From positions 1,486,692-1,550,691 of the forward strand of contig OZ251460.1 of the NCBI GenBank assembly GCA_965242585.1: 64,000 nucleotides of DNA, given 5' to 3'. The DNA comes from Limisphaerales bacterium (lineage in GTDB: Bacteria; Verrucomicrobiota; Verrucomicrobiia; Limisphaerales; AAA164-E04). The position numbers were made by a program, and so were the translations under genes. Each line of letters begins with the position of its first letter. Positions within the stretch are counted from its first letter, which is position 1. Of the stretch, positions 49,378-60,534 are shown piece by piece. The notes beneath the pieces are model-generated. The model was not told the origin of the DNA. It did no database searches and saw only the letters and a program-made list of their open reading frames with translations.

Positions 49378-51831
49378 TCATGAGGATAATTGATTTTCCG
49401 CGTATTCAACTTCTACCTCGCAACGAGCGAACTCCAACACAATTCTCGCGTTCACAGTATAGTTAGTGTGACTAGCGTCAATCTCGACTAGCTTCGCATT
49501 ATGCTTATCGTTTGTTGGGGGTTCTTTGTAAACCAAACTCTTGCCAAGTGAGGAAGTTGTCGCCATGGAAGTTGGCTTGACCGTCCCCATCCCAAGCTAC
49601 TTTCCAAGTTTCGTAAATTCCCTCATAGCCTAACACATTTTGCCCGGCGCCGGTGGTTTGGCTAGGCGCCTCTTCTTGCCCGCGGACTTCGCGAGCACCA
49701 TAACTGCTTCCTACTTGCGCCAGCAAAACTACCCAACCTGCTAACGAACCAAGATGGTTGGCACCGCTCACTTCCACCACCGCATAACTCTGCCCAATGA
49801 TGCCGATAGTGGGATTGATACCCAACTACTCCGCCGGCTAAGGTTGCGCTTTCCGCTTTGTCCTTGCGCACAACCGGTCTTTAGCGAGCCGGGGTTCCTA
49901 AACCGACTAAGTCGCCGGCACTGGTTGCGCCATTCACTCTCCCTTGCGCCGAACTGGACTCGATAGAACCACCAACATTCCACCCCACGAAGACGCTAAC
50001 GCCGATAACGCCGCTCACTTCTGCGTTGACGAAGCTGTGCGCAATGTTCCCAAAGTTATGTCCAACTAGGCCGCCGACGCTGTTCGAGCCCACCACTTGC
50101 CCGCTCACCGAACAATGGCTGATAACCCCTTGACTCAACCCGGCGATGGCGCCGACCCAGTTCACACCTTTTATATCCACCTCTTCTAATCCTAAGCCAA
50201 CCACTTGCCCGCGATTGCCAATAGCTCCAAACAAGCCACTGGGTTTCCCGGCAAACCGGGAAGCATCGCTCTGGTCTTGGAACAAGTTGTGGATGGTATG
50301 ACCGTTGCCTGCTAACACGGCTTGGAAGGGGTTGGCGAACAGGCCGATGGGCTCCCAGCTTTGGTAGGTCTGCCTCTCGCCGGCGGTGATGAGTGGTTGC
50401 AGGTCAAAAGCGCCGGCAGTCACGGTCACGGTTTGGTAGGTCTGCCAATCAGACGGGGTGAACATTAGCTTGCTGGGGTTCACCGTGATTCCAGAATGCG
50501 CTGTTTCTAGGTTGACAATCGTATTCCCAACACCACGGGAGGAAGCGGCGCGCACTTGGTAGCTGGTGGAGCCGCCTTCGTTTAGGGACAAGCGGGTTCT
50601 GCTAAAAACGAGCGAAGGCAGGTTAAATCTGGCGGAGGGCGGATGATATACAGGGTTGTTGTTGTTTGCTGAGTTGTCCTCTTTAATGGTAACAGTAGCC
50701 TCCAGCGTTAAGGCATTACCAGCAAAGACAGCGTTAACCGGATTGCTCAGTTGCACAGTGAAAGTTTCGTCCGGTTCGTCCATCCAGTTTTGGCTGTGCC
50801 GTCCCGCGTGGCGTAGTCGACAGTAACGATTTTGCTGGAGACTTGGCTAGATTGCACATGAAAGGAGAAGGCGTGTATTAAAGTGAGACCGCCATCTTTG
50901 GGGTAGGGGACTAATCTCAAAGAGAGGACAGAAAGAGAGAGTGTTGGCGGGCCGTCGTTATCTATGATGAGGACAGTGGTATGCAACAGATTGCCGCCGC
51001 CGTGTAAAATAGCGTTGGTGGGAAGGGCTATGATTAGAGTAAAACCTTCGGTGGGTTCATCTACGGTGTCGTCCAGAATGGGGATGGAAATAGTTTGCAC
51101 CCTCGAGCCCATAGGGAAGGTTAAAGTGCGGCCGGTGGGAGGATCGTAGTCATCCCCGGGTAATGCCCCCATGCCGTTGATAAAATTGAGTCTGTCGACG
51201 GCATAAACGACGGTGATAGGGACGTGGGCGGCTTTATTCAATCGAACTTGAAAGACAGCATTAGGAGTGTCTACATCGCCTTCGGTTATTCTTAAGGAAC
51301 GAGGAGCAAGAGAGATGGATCTGAAGTGTTGACTATACAGTTTTTTCATTCGCGTAGACAGCTCGAAAGGGAGCTTGTCGAATATCCCGTCCGGCAATAA
51401 GACCGACAAGTTACCGGAAAGATCTAGACTTTGCAGGCTGACAAGTTTGTCAAAGACACCGGACGGTAAGGTTAAGATAGTCGAGGAAATGCTGGAAAAA
51501 ATCAGGTCTTGTAAATTGGTGAGGCCGTCGAAGTCACTTGCTCGGAGGGAAACGGGTCATTCTATGGATGTGATGATCAGTCGGGTGATATCGCTGAGTT
51601 GGTTGGCGTTGATGACTTGGTTGTATAGAGAACACTGAATCGGATGTCAAAACCTAAAGCAGCCAAGATGGAGTCGGCCACTTCTTTTGTCCATTCGTGG
51701 AGAACGGATCCGAGGCTGTTGACCACTTTCTCTTGTTGTGTTGCTTGTGCAAATGCAGTTTGCTGAGCAAAAATAACGACTAGAATCATACCACTCAATA
51801 GCGGACAGATTCGATCTTTATACGATTTCAT
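49378..51831 (-). pseudogene. Decayed adhesin-like gene (signal peptide - LRR - Calx-beta - GLUG repeats) broken by stops and frameshifts
   Basis: The pieces sit in different frames of the same strand. These are a signal peptide (MILVVIFAQQTAFAQA, 51577-51831) and LRRs (FDGLTNLQDLIFSS...LPSGVFDKLVSLQSLDLSGN...LPDGIFDKLP) preceded by an in-frame TGA. Next come a complete Calx-beta (GDDYDPPTGRTLTFPMGSRVQTISIPILDDTVDEPTEGF) and a second Calx-beta lacking its middle, with a frame change near 50770. The GLUG-type repeats (VGGLVGHNFGNIAHSFVNAEVSG...) are cut by TAA at 49881 and another frameshift near 49826. Confidence 0.55.
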
Positions 51832-51937
51832 GTCTTTGGCTTAAACTTGATTTCTCAGTGTTTCTATTGATTTCCAAAATCCGTTGCAAATTCAAAAAAT
51901 TTTTTGCGCACTGTTTTTCTTCGGCTCTGGAAACTTT

Positions 51938-54900
51938 TTAGCGTTGCGGCATCAATCGAAGAAATCGTTGTTTGCCTTCTGTCCGCGGCAAAATCACCGT
52001 CAAGCGAGCTCTGCCGTCTTCGTTAGCTTCCCGAATCACTTGGACTTTATCATCCGTCAAAAGCCTCCACTCTCCACCAAGCAAATTGAAACTTTCCTCG
52101 ATTCCAAACTCTTCCGCTGAAACAACAAACACAAAGCGAACCACACTCTCAGATAACGTCTCGGCAGAAATCAACCGACTCCACTCACCGCCGGAAAAAG
52201 AACTTGCCAAAGCCGAACGATTGTCGCCAACCGCCAATGGACGGAAGCTCTGCGACGGGATTTGGCTTTGTCCTGAAGTGCCTTCCGAAGACTGAGCCGC
52301 CGCCTCTCGCGTGATAAAAACCGTGTAAGTCCGCGTACTCCCGTCCTCAGCAGTGACGTCAACGGTAATGATATTGCGCCCTTCTTTTAAAGAAACTCGA
52401 CGGTCGCCGCCGGAACCTCCGCCACCCACAGCGTTGCTGCCCGCTGGCGAGATGTTCACAGTAGACTCAGAATGACTGGGGGTAGCCGTAATGGTTGTCG
52501 AAGTGACGGTGTGAGCCACAGTAGCCGTATAAATCGGATTGTGGGAAGAAAAAACAGGATTCAATCTCACTCCGCTGAGCGCCATGGTGTTTAACCCAGG
52601 ATCACCAGAGGGTGAATTCGTAGACGATCGCGGAAGAATGTAGGCATATAGATTATTGTTATTAAATTTATTATCCACTACCCACATCGTTCCCCCATCC
52701 GACCAAATGCCATGAGGATTAAGATTTCCCGCGGACTTCAGTGTGTCAAAATCTTTGTTTGGGGCACGGCAACCAAAATCCTGTTTTGTATTGCCTAGAT
52801 TGTAAGCATAGATTTTATCATCATCAGAATCCGTCACCCACATCGTCATGCCGTTTGACCAGATTCCCGTGGGTTTGTTGTTTCCCGCAGCCTCTAGTGT
52901 GGTAAAGTCTTTTCCAGAATCTCGGCTCTTGTCCGCCATTTTATAGGCGTAAATCTTGGCATCCGCCGTGTCCACCACCCACATCGTCGCGCCGTCCGAC
53001 CAAATAGCCGCAGGAGTGCTATTGTTTGTATCTAGAGTGTTAAATTCTTTGCCACGGACGCGGCTTTTGGCAATCAAGTTGGTATCACCCAGGTTGTAGG
53101 CGTAAATCCTGCGATCATCAAGGTCCGCCACCCACATCGTCGTGCCATTTGACCAGATTCCCGTGGGTCTGTCATTTCCCGCAGCCTTTAGTGTCTTGAA
53201 ATCCTTGCCAGGGACGCGGCTTTTGGCAACTAAGTTCGTATCACTTAGGTTGTAGGCTCGAATTTCAGATTTGAACCAATCTGCCACCCACATCGTCGTG
53301 CCATCCGACCAAAGATCGTAAGGCAAGCCAATGTCTCCAGAGATGTCAAAATCTTTCTCCGGGATTCGTGACGTAGCTCCTCTGCGAGTGACTGTTACGG
53401 TGTAAGTTCGAGGGCTGCAATTCGGAGCTATGGCAGTTATCGTAATGGTGTTACTGCCTATAGCCAAAGCTACTTGATGGCCGGCTGTGTTGGCGTCTGT
53501 ATCCGCCGGCAAAATAAGAATATCCGCATCAGCATGGTTCGCCCTTGCGGTTACTGTAGCAGAACTAGTTGTATGGTTCACAGTGGCCGTATAGTTGCTA
53601 ACGCTGCTGGAAAAATTAGTAATGTTGCCGGAAACAACGCCGCTCATCGACAAAGATCTCAACGAAGCGTCGCTAGAAAAAGCCCGATTGACTGTCACCG
53701 TGTAAATCCGGCCGATCCTGTTTGGAGCGGTGACAGAAAAGGTAATTGTGTTGGCGCCTTCTTCAAGTCTCACCGCATGGCTGTCGATATTCGGCAACGC
53801 GTCCGGCGGCGAGATAATCACAGTAGACTCGGAATAGCTCGGCAGGGCGTTATTAACGACAACGGTGTCATAGCCGTGGACAACGTCGACTGTGTAGTGG
53901 GTGACGACAGGATCAAAATCAGGAAATAACACAATGGTTTTTCTGTTTAGCCCGGAGGAAAGGCTAACTTTATCCAAATCCAGTTCCCTTAGCGATGACG
54001 CACCGGCAAACAGCCGATTATAGGCATACAATTTGTTGTCCATAGAGTCCACGATCCACATTGCGGCGCCATCTGACCATAATCCCCGAGGCGATCCATT
54101 TCCCGCCGCCTGCAAAGTGTTGAAGTCTTTGCCCGATTCTCGCCTCCCATTCGCCAGATTGTAAGCGTATAACTTCGCATCTTCCTTGTCTGCTACCCAT
54201 AAGGTTTTTCCGTCTGACCACATGCCTTCTGGATCGTTGTTCTCCATCGCTAAACCAAATTCCTTTGCAATGTTCCGTATCTTGTCCGCCATGTTGTAGG
54301 CATAAACTCTGTTTGTCATTGCCCCGTCGTCTGCTACCCACATCGTCTCCCCGTTCGACCAAATCCCCCGGGGTGCCGTGTTTGTCGACGCCAAAGTGAA
54401 GTCGTTGGTGGAAACATGACTCTTGCTTGATAGATTGTAGGCGTAGATCTTGTCGTCTCCATTGTCCGAAACCCACATCGTTTGACCATCCGACCACAGG
54501 CCGCGCGGCTGTTCGTTCCCAACTGCCTTTAAAGTGTTAAAGTCCGAACTAGAAGCAAGCCTTCTGCCGTCCGCCAAGTTGTAGGCGTAAAGTTTGTCAT
54601 CCTCGTTGTCCGCTACCCATATAGTCTCTCCATTCGACCATATCCCACGAGGTGCCGTGTTTGTCGACACTAAATCAAAGTCTTGAAGCGGGTTCCAGCC
54701 GGTCATGCCAATCGAAGCCCGGCGAATGGTGAGGATATAGTCTTTGGTGTCGCCGTTGGAGGCGGTAACCGTGACGGTAATGATGTTATTGCCTTCGGCT
54801 AGAACTACCTGATGGCCGACCGTGTTGGCGTCCGCGTCCGGCGGCGAGAGGGCAAGAGTTGCGGCCGGGTGTCTGGCCGATGCGGTGACAGTGGTTGCAG

Positions 54901-57900
54901 CGACGGCGTGATCAACGTTGGCCGTATAACGAGTGCCGATGGGAAGAAAGGCAGGCCATAATGCAGCGTCGCTAACAGAGAGGCTTTGCAAGTTGTTGTC
55001 CCCGGAGCGCGGCGTTCGAGTGACCGCGATGACATAGTTTTTGGCGCTCCCGTTTTCAGCAGTCACGATGATGGTAATGGGGTTGACGCCCTCGGCTAAG
55101 GCTACTTGATGACCGGCGATGGCGCTGTCGGCATCGGCCGGCAAAATGGACACTGAAGCTTGGGCATGGTTGGCTATGGCAGTGACCGTGGTCACAGCGG
55201 TGGTTGTGGCAACGGTGGCCGTGTAGCGGGTTGTGCTGCCAGAAAAAGTGCCAAAGTTAAGGACAGAGGTTAAATTCAAAGTCTTCAATGTGTTGTCGCC
55301 CGATGGCGCCGGCGGCTGCTGATAGGCGTAGATCTTGTCGTCCCACGGATCCGACACCCACATGGTCGTCCCATCGGACCATAAACCGCGAGAATGCTCG
55401 TTGCCAGCAGCGACCAAGGTGTCAAAGTCCTTCGCCGGCTCGCGCTGCTTGCTCGCCACATTGTAGGCGTATATTTTCGCATCTTCCCGATCTGAAACCC
55501 ACATCGTTGTGCCGTCCGACCAGATACGGTTCGGAGTAGTATTCCCTGCGGCGATCAGTGTATTGAAATCTTTGACAGGATCACGGCTCTTGTCAGCCAT
55601 CTTATACGCGTAAATCTTGGCGTCTTCTACGTCCACCACCCACATGGTCGTCCCATCCGACCAGAGGTCGGGAGAATAAGAATTTCCGGCGGCGATTAGG
55701 TTATTGAAGTCTTTGCTTGGATCGCGGCTCTTGTCGGCCATCTTGTAAGCGTAAATCTTGTCATCTTCCCAATCGGCCACCCACATGGTTGTGCCATCCG
55801 ACCAGAGGCCTACAGGAGTAGAATTTCCGGCGGCGATTAGGTTATTGAAGTCTTTACTTGGATCGCGGGTTTTATCGGACAACTTGTACGCGTAAATCTT
55901 GCTATTCCGGGCTTCTGCTACCCAGAGGGTCGTCCCGTTCGACCACATGCTTTGCGGCGAGGTGTTTGTCCTATCCAGCGTATTGAAGTCCTGCGCTGGG
56001 TTGCGCGAGGTGACGAAGGTTCCTCTGCGAACGGCGATGGTGTAAGTGCGGGCAAGGCCGCTTGACGGAGTAACGGTGATAGCAATATCGTTGGTACCTA
56101 CCGCTAAGGCCACTTGATGCCCTTGACTTGCGCTGTCGGCATCCGAAGGCGCTATCGACACCACAGCGTTGGTGTGCCGAGCCGCCGCCGCAATCGTGAG
56201 GTTGGTGATGGCGTAAGAAACGGAAACCGTATATCGAGCAATAGCGCCATCAAATCCGGGCGTCAACTCGGCGCCGTCACTGAGCGTCAAACTGCTCAAT
56301 ACCGCGTCGTTGGATAAATGATAGGCGTAAACTTGAGCGTCCGTATAGTCCGCCACCCACATGGTCGTCCCATCCGACCATAAACCGTGAGGAGCCATAT
56401 TCCCCGCCGCTTCCAAAGTGTCAAAGTCTTTGGCCGGATCGCGGCTCTTATCGCTCATTTTGTAAGCATAAATCTTGTTTTGCCAAGGGTCCGACATCCA
56501 CATGGTCGTTCCATCCGACCAGAGACCATTAGGTCCGTAACTCTCTCCTGTACCGACCAGCGTATTGAAGTCTTTGGCCGGATCGCGGCTTTTATCGCTC
56601 ATTTTGTAAGCGTAAAGCTTGTCATCTTCCCAATCGGCCACCCACATGGTTGTGCCATTCGACCATAAGCCGTGCGGATTTCCATTCCCAGCCGCCCGCA
56701 GGGTATTGAAGTCTTTGGCCGGATCGCGGCTTTTATCGCCCATTTTGTAAGCGTAAAGCTTGTCATCTAAAGCGTCCGTCACCCACATGGTCGTGCCATC
56801 GGACCAAAGATCGCGAGGAGAATTATTCCCGGCAACACTCAGAGTGTCAAAGTCCTCGGCAGGATTGCGATTCTTGGTGGCCAAATTGTAAGCGTAAATC
56901 TTGTTGTTTGCCGCGACGTTGTTCACGGCATCTGTCACCCAGATAGTTTTGCCATCGGACCAAATACCCTGAGGGTGGTTATTCCCGGCAGCGATTAGGG
57001 TGTTGAAGTCCTGCGCCGGATTGCGGAAGGTGAACTGATTGGTGACGGCAACGGTATAGACACGGGCAGTACCTCTGGACGATGTAACGGTGATTGTAAT
57101 AGTGGTTTCGGCGCCGTTCGCCAAAACTACCTGATGCCCGGCGGTTGCGGCGGCGGCATCTGTCGGCGAAATGACAATAGAAGCGTCGGATTGAAACGCC
57201 ATCGCCATCACCGTCGTTTGGATGTCTGAACCAAAAACGGTTCCCGTATATCGAGCGGTGCCGCCGTCAAAAGCAGGATTCAAACTCAATCCGCTCAAAC
57301 TCAAAGAACTCAAAGTCGCTGCATCGGACAAGCGATAAGCGTATATCTTATCCCTGTCGCCATATGGATCCGATACCCACATCGTCGTCCCGTCCGACCA
57401 AATGCCACGAGGATAGTCATTTCCGGCGGCATCCAGTGTATTGAAGTCTTTGCCCGGATCACGTTGTTTGCTAGCCAAATTGTAAGCGTAAAGTTTGTCA
57501 TCCCAATAGTCTCCCACCCACAGCGTCGTGCCGTCCGACCACATGCGGATGGGTGCAATATTTCCCGCATCAATTAAGCTATTGAAGTCTTTAGTAGGAT
57601 CTCGTTGTTTGGTAGTCAAATTGTAAGCGTAAATCTTGCCGTCCGCAGAGTCTGCCACCCACATGGTTGTGCTGTCCGACCAGAGGCCGCTAGGGGAAGT
57701 ATTTCCAACGGCGATCAAGCTATTGAAGTCTTTAGTAGGATCACGTTGCTTGGTAATCAAGTTGTACGCGTAAATCTTGGCGTCTTGTCCATTCTCCACC
57801 CACATGGTTGTGCCATCGGACCAGAGGCCGCGGGGAGAAGTATTTCCGGCGGCGATCAAGCTATTGAAGTCTTTAGTAGGATCTCGTTGCTTGGTAACCA

Positions 57901-60289
57901 AGTTGTACGCGTAAAGTTTGTCATCCACACTGTCTCCTACCCACATTGTCGTGCCGTCTGACCAAAGACTGTGAGGATATCTGTTCCCCGCGGCAATTAG
58001 TGTGTCAAAATCCTGCGCTGGGTTGCGCGAGGTGAGGAACGCTCCTCTGGTCACGGCAATGGCATAAGTGCGGGCAAGGCCGCTGGCAGGCGTAACCGTG
58101 ATGGTGATGTCGTTGACGCCAACCGCCAAGGACGCCTGATGGCCAGCCGTGTTTGTGTCAGCGTCCGTCGGCAAAATGGACACCGTCGCATTGGTGTGAA
58201 TCGCCGTCGCCAAAACCGTGAGGTTGGTGACAGCGTAAGGAGCGGAGGCTGTATACCGAGCGATGCCTCCGTCAAAACTAGGCGTTAGATCGATGTTATC
58301 GCTCAAACTCAAGTTGCTCAATACAGCGGCGTTGGACAAATGATAGGCGTAAAGTTTATTGCCTCCAGAATCTGAACTATAACTTAGCCTGTCGATTCCA
58401 TCATCTGCCACCCACATCGTTGTGCCATCCGACCATAGCCCTCGAATCGCCACGTTTCCGGCAATGCTCAAGGTGTCAAAATCTTTGGCAGAGTCACGGC
58501 TTTTATCGCTCATCTTGTAAGCGTAAATCTTATTGTCCTCATTGTCCGTTACCCACATCGTTGTGCCATCCGACCATATGCCTCCCCAAGGCGCCGTGTT
58601 TCCAGCAGCTCTCAAGGCGTTAAAGTCTTTAGCAGAATCCCGGCGCTTGTTCGACATCCGGTAGGCATAAATCTTGGCGTCCCAATAGTCTGCCACCCAC
58701 ATGGTGACGCCGTCTGACCAAAGACCCACAGGATTGACGTTTCCGTTGACTCTCATGTCGACAAAGTCCTTAGTAGGATCGCGGCTTTTATCACTTATCT
58801 TATAGGCATAAATCTTGTCATCTCCATCATCTACCACCCACATGGTGATGCCGTCTGACCACAAGCCACGGGGTCCTCCGTTTCCAGCTGCGCTTAGGGT
58901 ATTGAAGTCCTTGTCGGGACTGCGAGTTTTAGTTGCCAAGTCGTAGGCGTAAAGTTTGTCCTTCTTAGCATCCGCTACCCACATGGTCTCGCCGTCTGAC
59001 CACAGACTGCGGGGAGCAGTATTTCCCACGGCATCCAAAGTGTCTATATCTTGCATTGCATTGCGCACGGAGAACTGGTTGGTGACGGCAACAATGTAAG
59101 CGCGATCCTGTCCGCTGGACGGAGTAACGGTGATATTGATGTAGGTTTCCGCCCCGTTGGCCAAAACCACCTGATGCCCTGCTGTCGCCGTATCTGCATC
59201 CGCCGGCAAAACGGACACTGACGCAGTAGACTGAGCCGCCGTGGCCACCACCGTCGTTTGGGCGCCCGATTGAATAATGCTGGCCGTGTATTGAACGGTA
59301 CCGCTATCAAAAGCGGGACTCAAACTCAACCCGCTCAAACTCAAAGAACTCAAAGCCCCCGCATCTGACAAGCGATAGGCGTATATCTTGTCGTCCTGCG
59401 AATCCCCCACCCACATGGTCCTCCCATCCGACCAAAGGGCCCGAGGTTGATTGTTTCCCGCCGCGCTCAATGTGTCAAAATCCTTGCTCGCATCCCGAGT
59501 CCGCGCCGACAGATTGAGCGCGTATATCTTGTTGTTTGCGTTGTTGTCCGAGCCCGCATAATCCGCCGCCCACAGCGTCGTCCCATCCGACCAGATGCCT
59601 TGAATGTAGCGATTCCCAATGAGGCTGTTGGTGTCGATCTCTTTGGCAGTGTCCCGGCTCTTGTCGCTCATCTTGTAAGCGTAAATCCTGTCCGCCGTGT
59701 CGGCCACCCACATGGTTGCGCCATCCGACCAGATTCCCGTTGGATTGGTGTTGCCAGCGGCCTTCAAGGTGTCAAAGTCTTTGGCGGAATCGCGGCTTTT
59801 GTCGCTCATCTTGTAAGCGTAAATCTTGTCGTCAATCCATTCGGCCACCCACATGGTTGTGCCGTCCGACCAGATGCCCATTGGATTGGTGTTGCCGGCG
59901 GCTTTCAAGGTGTCAAAGTCTTTGGCGGGATCGCGGCTTTTCGTGGCTAAGTCATAAGCGTAGAGTTTGGGGTTCGACCATCCATTATTTACTACCCACA
60001 GGGTTTGTCCGTCAGACCAAAGGCCTTGCGGCCAAGGAATCCCATCGGCATTCAGATTGTCAAAGTCCTGCGCCGGATTGCGGGCGGCGAAGGTTGTTTG
60101 AGCGGTTGCGGTTGGGATGGAAAGGATTAAAAGGGCGAGCGGAATTCCGAGAGTCCTTCCCCGGAGCGCGGCGCAGGAGGCGCGAAGGGGATGCAAAAGG
60201 GAAAAGAGAACGTCGTTTTTCTCCCGAGCGATTTTGCGCGGTCGGTTTTTGGTCGGCTTGTTCGTCTCACAAATTAAATATGTCTTCAT
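51938..60289 (-). CDS. Giant (2783 aa) secreted repeat protein: 7 x (five 47-aa WSDG-TMWVAD-KIYAY repeats) alternating with 9 cadherin-like beta-sandwich domains, plus C-terminal F-L-R tail
   Basis: Uninterrupted 8.35-kb ORF with signal peptide LGIPLALLILSIPTATA. I counted 35 copies of the W-S-[DN]-G-x-T-[MLI]-W core, in seven groups of five. Each group is followed by one or two domains of the L.SL.LS...L.P.F...Y...V...V.A...A.V.I.P.DAD...GHQV.L..G.N.I.I.VT...Y...V.R type. The tail VVRFVFVVSAEE...ARLTVILPRTEGKQRFLRLMPQR parallels that of 34080-37553. Confidence 0.85.
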   Translation of the reverse strand: MKTYLICETNKPTKNRPRKIAREKNDVLFSLLHPLRASCAALRGRTLGIPLALLILSIPTATAQTTFAARNPAQDFDNLNADGIPWPQGLWSDGQTLWVVNNGWSNPKLYAYDLATKSRDPAKDFDTLKAAGNTNPMGIWSDGTTMWVAEWIDDKIYAYKMSDKSRDSAKDFDTLKAAGNTNPTGIWSDGATMWVADTADRIYAYKMSDKSRDTAKEIDTNSLIGNRYIQGIWSDGTTLWAADYAGSDNNANNKIYALNLSARTRDASKDFDTLSAAGNNQPRALWSDGRTMWVGDSQDDKIYAYRLSDAGALSSLSLSGLSLSPAFDSGTVQYTASIIQSGAQTTVVATAAQSTASVSVLPADADTATAGHQVVLANGAETYINITVTPSSGQDRAYIVAVTNQFSVRNAMQDIDTLDAVGNTAPRSLWSDGETMWVADAKKDKLYAYDLATKTRSPDKDFNTLSAAGNGGPRGLWSDGITMWVVDDGDDKIYAYKISDKSRDPTKDFVDMRVNGNVNPVGLWSDGVTMWVADYWDAKIYAYRMSNKRRDSAKDFNALRAAGNTAPWGGIWSDGTTMWVTDNEDNKIYAYKMSDKSRDSAKDFDTLSIAGNVAIRGLWSDGTTMWVADDGIDRLSYSSDSGGNKLYAYHLSNAAVLSNLSLSDNIDLTPSFDGGIARYTASAPYAVTNLTVLATAIHTNATVSILPTDADTNTAGHQASLAVGVNDITITVTPASGLARTYAIAVTRGAFLTSRNPAQDFDTLIAAGNRYPHSLWSDGTTMWVGDSVDDKLYAYNLVTKQRDPTKDFNSLIAAGNTSPRGLWSDGTTMWVENGQDAKIYAYNLITKQRDPTKDFNSLIAVGNTSPSGLWSDSTTMWVADSADGKIYAYNLTTKQRDPTKDFNSLIDAGNIAPIRMWSDGTTLWVGDYWDDKLYAYNLASKQRDPGKDFNTLDAAGNDYPRGIWSDGTTMWVSDPYGDRDKIYAYRLSDAATLSSLSLSGLSLNPAFDGGTARYTGTVFGSDIQTTVMAMAFQSDASIVISPTDAAAATAGHQVVLANGAETTITITVTSSRGTARVYTVAVTNQFTFRNPAQDFNTLIAAGNNHPQGIWSDGKTIWVTDAVNNVAANNKIYAYNLATKNRNPAEDFDTLSVAGNNSPRDLWSDGTTMWVTDALDDKLYAYKMGDKSRDPAKDFNTLRAAGNGNPHGLWSNGTTMWVADWEDDKLYAYKMSDKSRDPAKDFNTLVGTGESYGPNGLWSDGTTMWMSDPWQNKIYAYKMSDKSRDPAKDFDTLEAAGNMAPHGLWSDGTTMWVADYTDAQVYAYHLSNDAVLSSLTLSDGAELTPGFDGAIARYTVSVSYAITNLTIAAAARHTNAVVSIAPSDADSASQGHQVALAVGTNDIAITVTPSSGLARTYTIAVRRGTFVTSRNPAQDFNTLDRTNTSPQSMWSNGTTLWVAEARNSKIYAYKLSDKTRDPSKDFNNLIAAGNSTPVGLWSDGTTMWVADWEDDKIYAYKMADKSRDPSKDFNNLIAAGNSYSPDLWSDGTTMWVVDVEDAKIYAYKMADKSRDPVKDFNTLIAAGNTTPNRIWSDGTTMWVSDREDAKIYAYNVASKQREPAKDFDTLVAAGNEHSRGLWSDGTTMWVSDPWDDKIYAYQQPPAPSGDNTLKTLNLTSVLNFGTFSGSTTRYTATVATTTAVTTVTAIANHAQASVSILPADADSAIAGHQVALAEGVNPITIIVTAENGSAKNYVIAVTRTPRSGDNNLQSLSVSDAALWPAFLPIGTRYTANVDHAVAATTVTASARHPAATLALSPPDADANTVGHQVVLAEGNNIITVTVTASNGDTKDYILTIRRASIGMTGWNPLQDFDLVSTNTAPRGIWSNGETIWVADNEDDKLYAYNLADGRRLASSSDFNTLKAVGNEQPRGLWSDGQTMWVSDNGDDKIYAYNLSSKSHVSTNDFTLASTNTAPRGIWSNGETMWVADDGAMTNRVYAYNMADKIRNIAKEFGLAMENNDPEGMWSDGKTLWVADKEDAKLYAYNLANGRRESGKDFNTLQAAGNGSPRGLWSDGAAMWIVDSMDNKLYAYNRLFAGASSLRELDLDKVSLSSGLNRKTIVLFPDFDPVVTHYTVDVVHGYDTVVVNNALPSYSESTVIISPPDALPNIDSHAVRLEEGANTITFSVTAPNRIGRIYTVTVNRAFSSDASLRSLSMSGVVSGNITNFSSSVSNYTATVNHTTSSATVTARANHADADILILPADTDANTAGHQVALAIGSNTITITAIAPNCSPRTYTVTVTRRGATSRIPEKDFDISGDIGLPYDLWSDGTTMWVADWFKSEIRAYNLSDTNLVAKSRVPGKDFKTLKAAGNDRPTGIWSNGTTMWVADLDDRRIYAYNLGDTNLIAKSRVRGKEFNTLDTNNSTPAAIWSDGATMWVVDTADAKIYAYKMADKSRDSGKDFTTLEAAGNNKPTGIWSNGMTMWVTDSDDDKIYAYNLGNTKQDFGCRAPNKDFDTLKSAGNLNPHGIWSDGGTMWVVDNKFNNNNLYAYILPRSSTNSPSGDPGLNTMALSGVRLNPVFSSHNPIYTATVAHTVTSTTITATPSHSESTVNISPAGSNAVGGGGSGGDRRVSLKEGRNIITVDVTAEDGSTRTYTVFITREAAAQSSEGTSGQSQIPSQSFRPLAVGDNRSALASSFSGGEWSRLISAETLSESVVRFVFVVSAEEFGIEESFNLLGGEWRLLTDDKVQVIREANEDGRARLTVILPRTEGKQRFLRLMPQR

Positions 60290-60534
60290 GATTGTCTTAG
60301 ATTCTCAGCGCCAAAAAGAAAGATAGAATGGATTGGAATCAAGGCTAAGTCAATTTTTATTTTTTTCGTTGGTTTGGGCGTGGATTTGCGGGTTGCCGTG
60401 GTTTAATGGGCGGAGTTGGTTTGGGTCAGATTGTGTTTTTTGGGCTTGCGGAACGGGGTGTTTTTTGTTTTGCTTTGCAAAAGCGATATGTTTGGGAAAA
60501 TTCGTCTGGCTGGAGTTTTGATGAGAAGAAAGCG

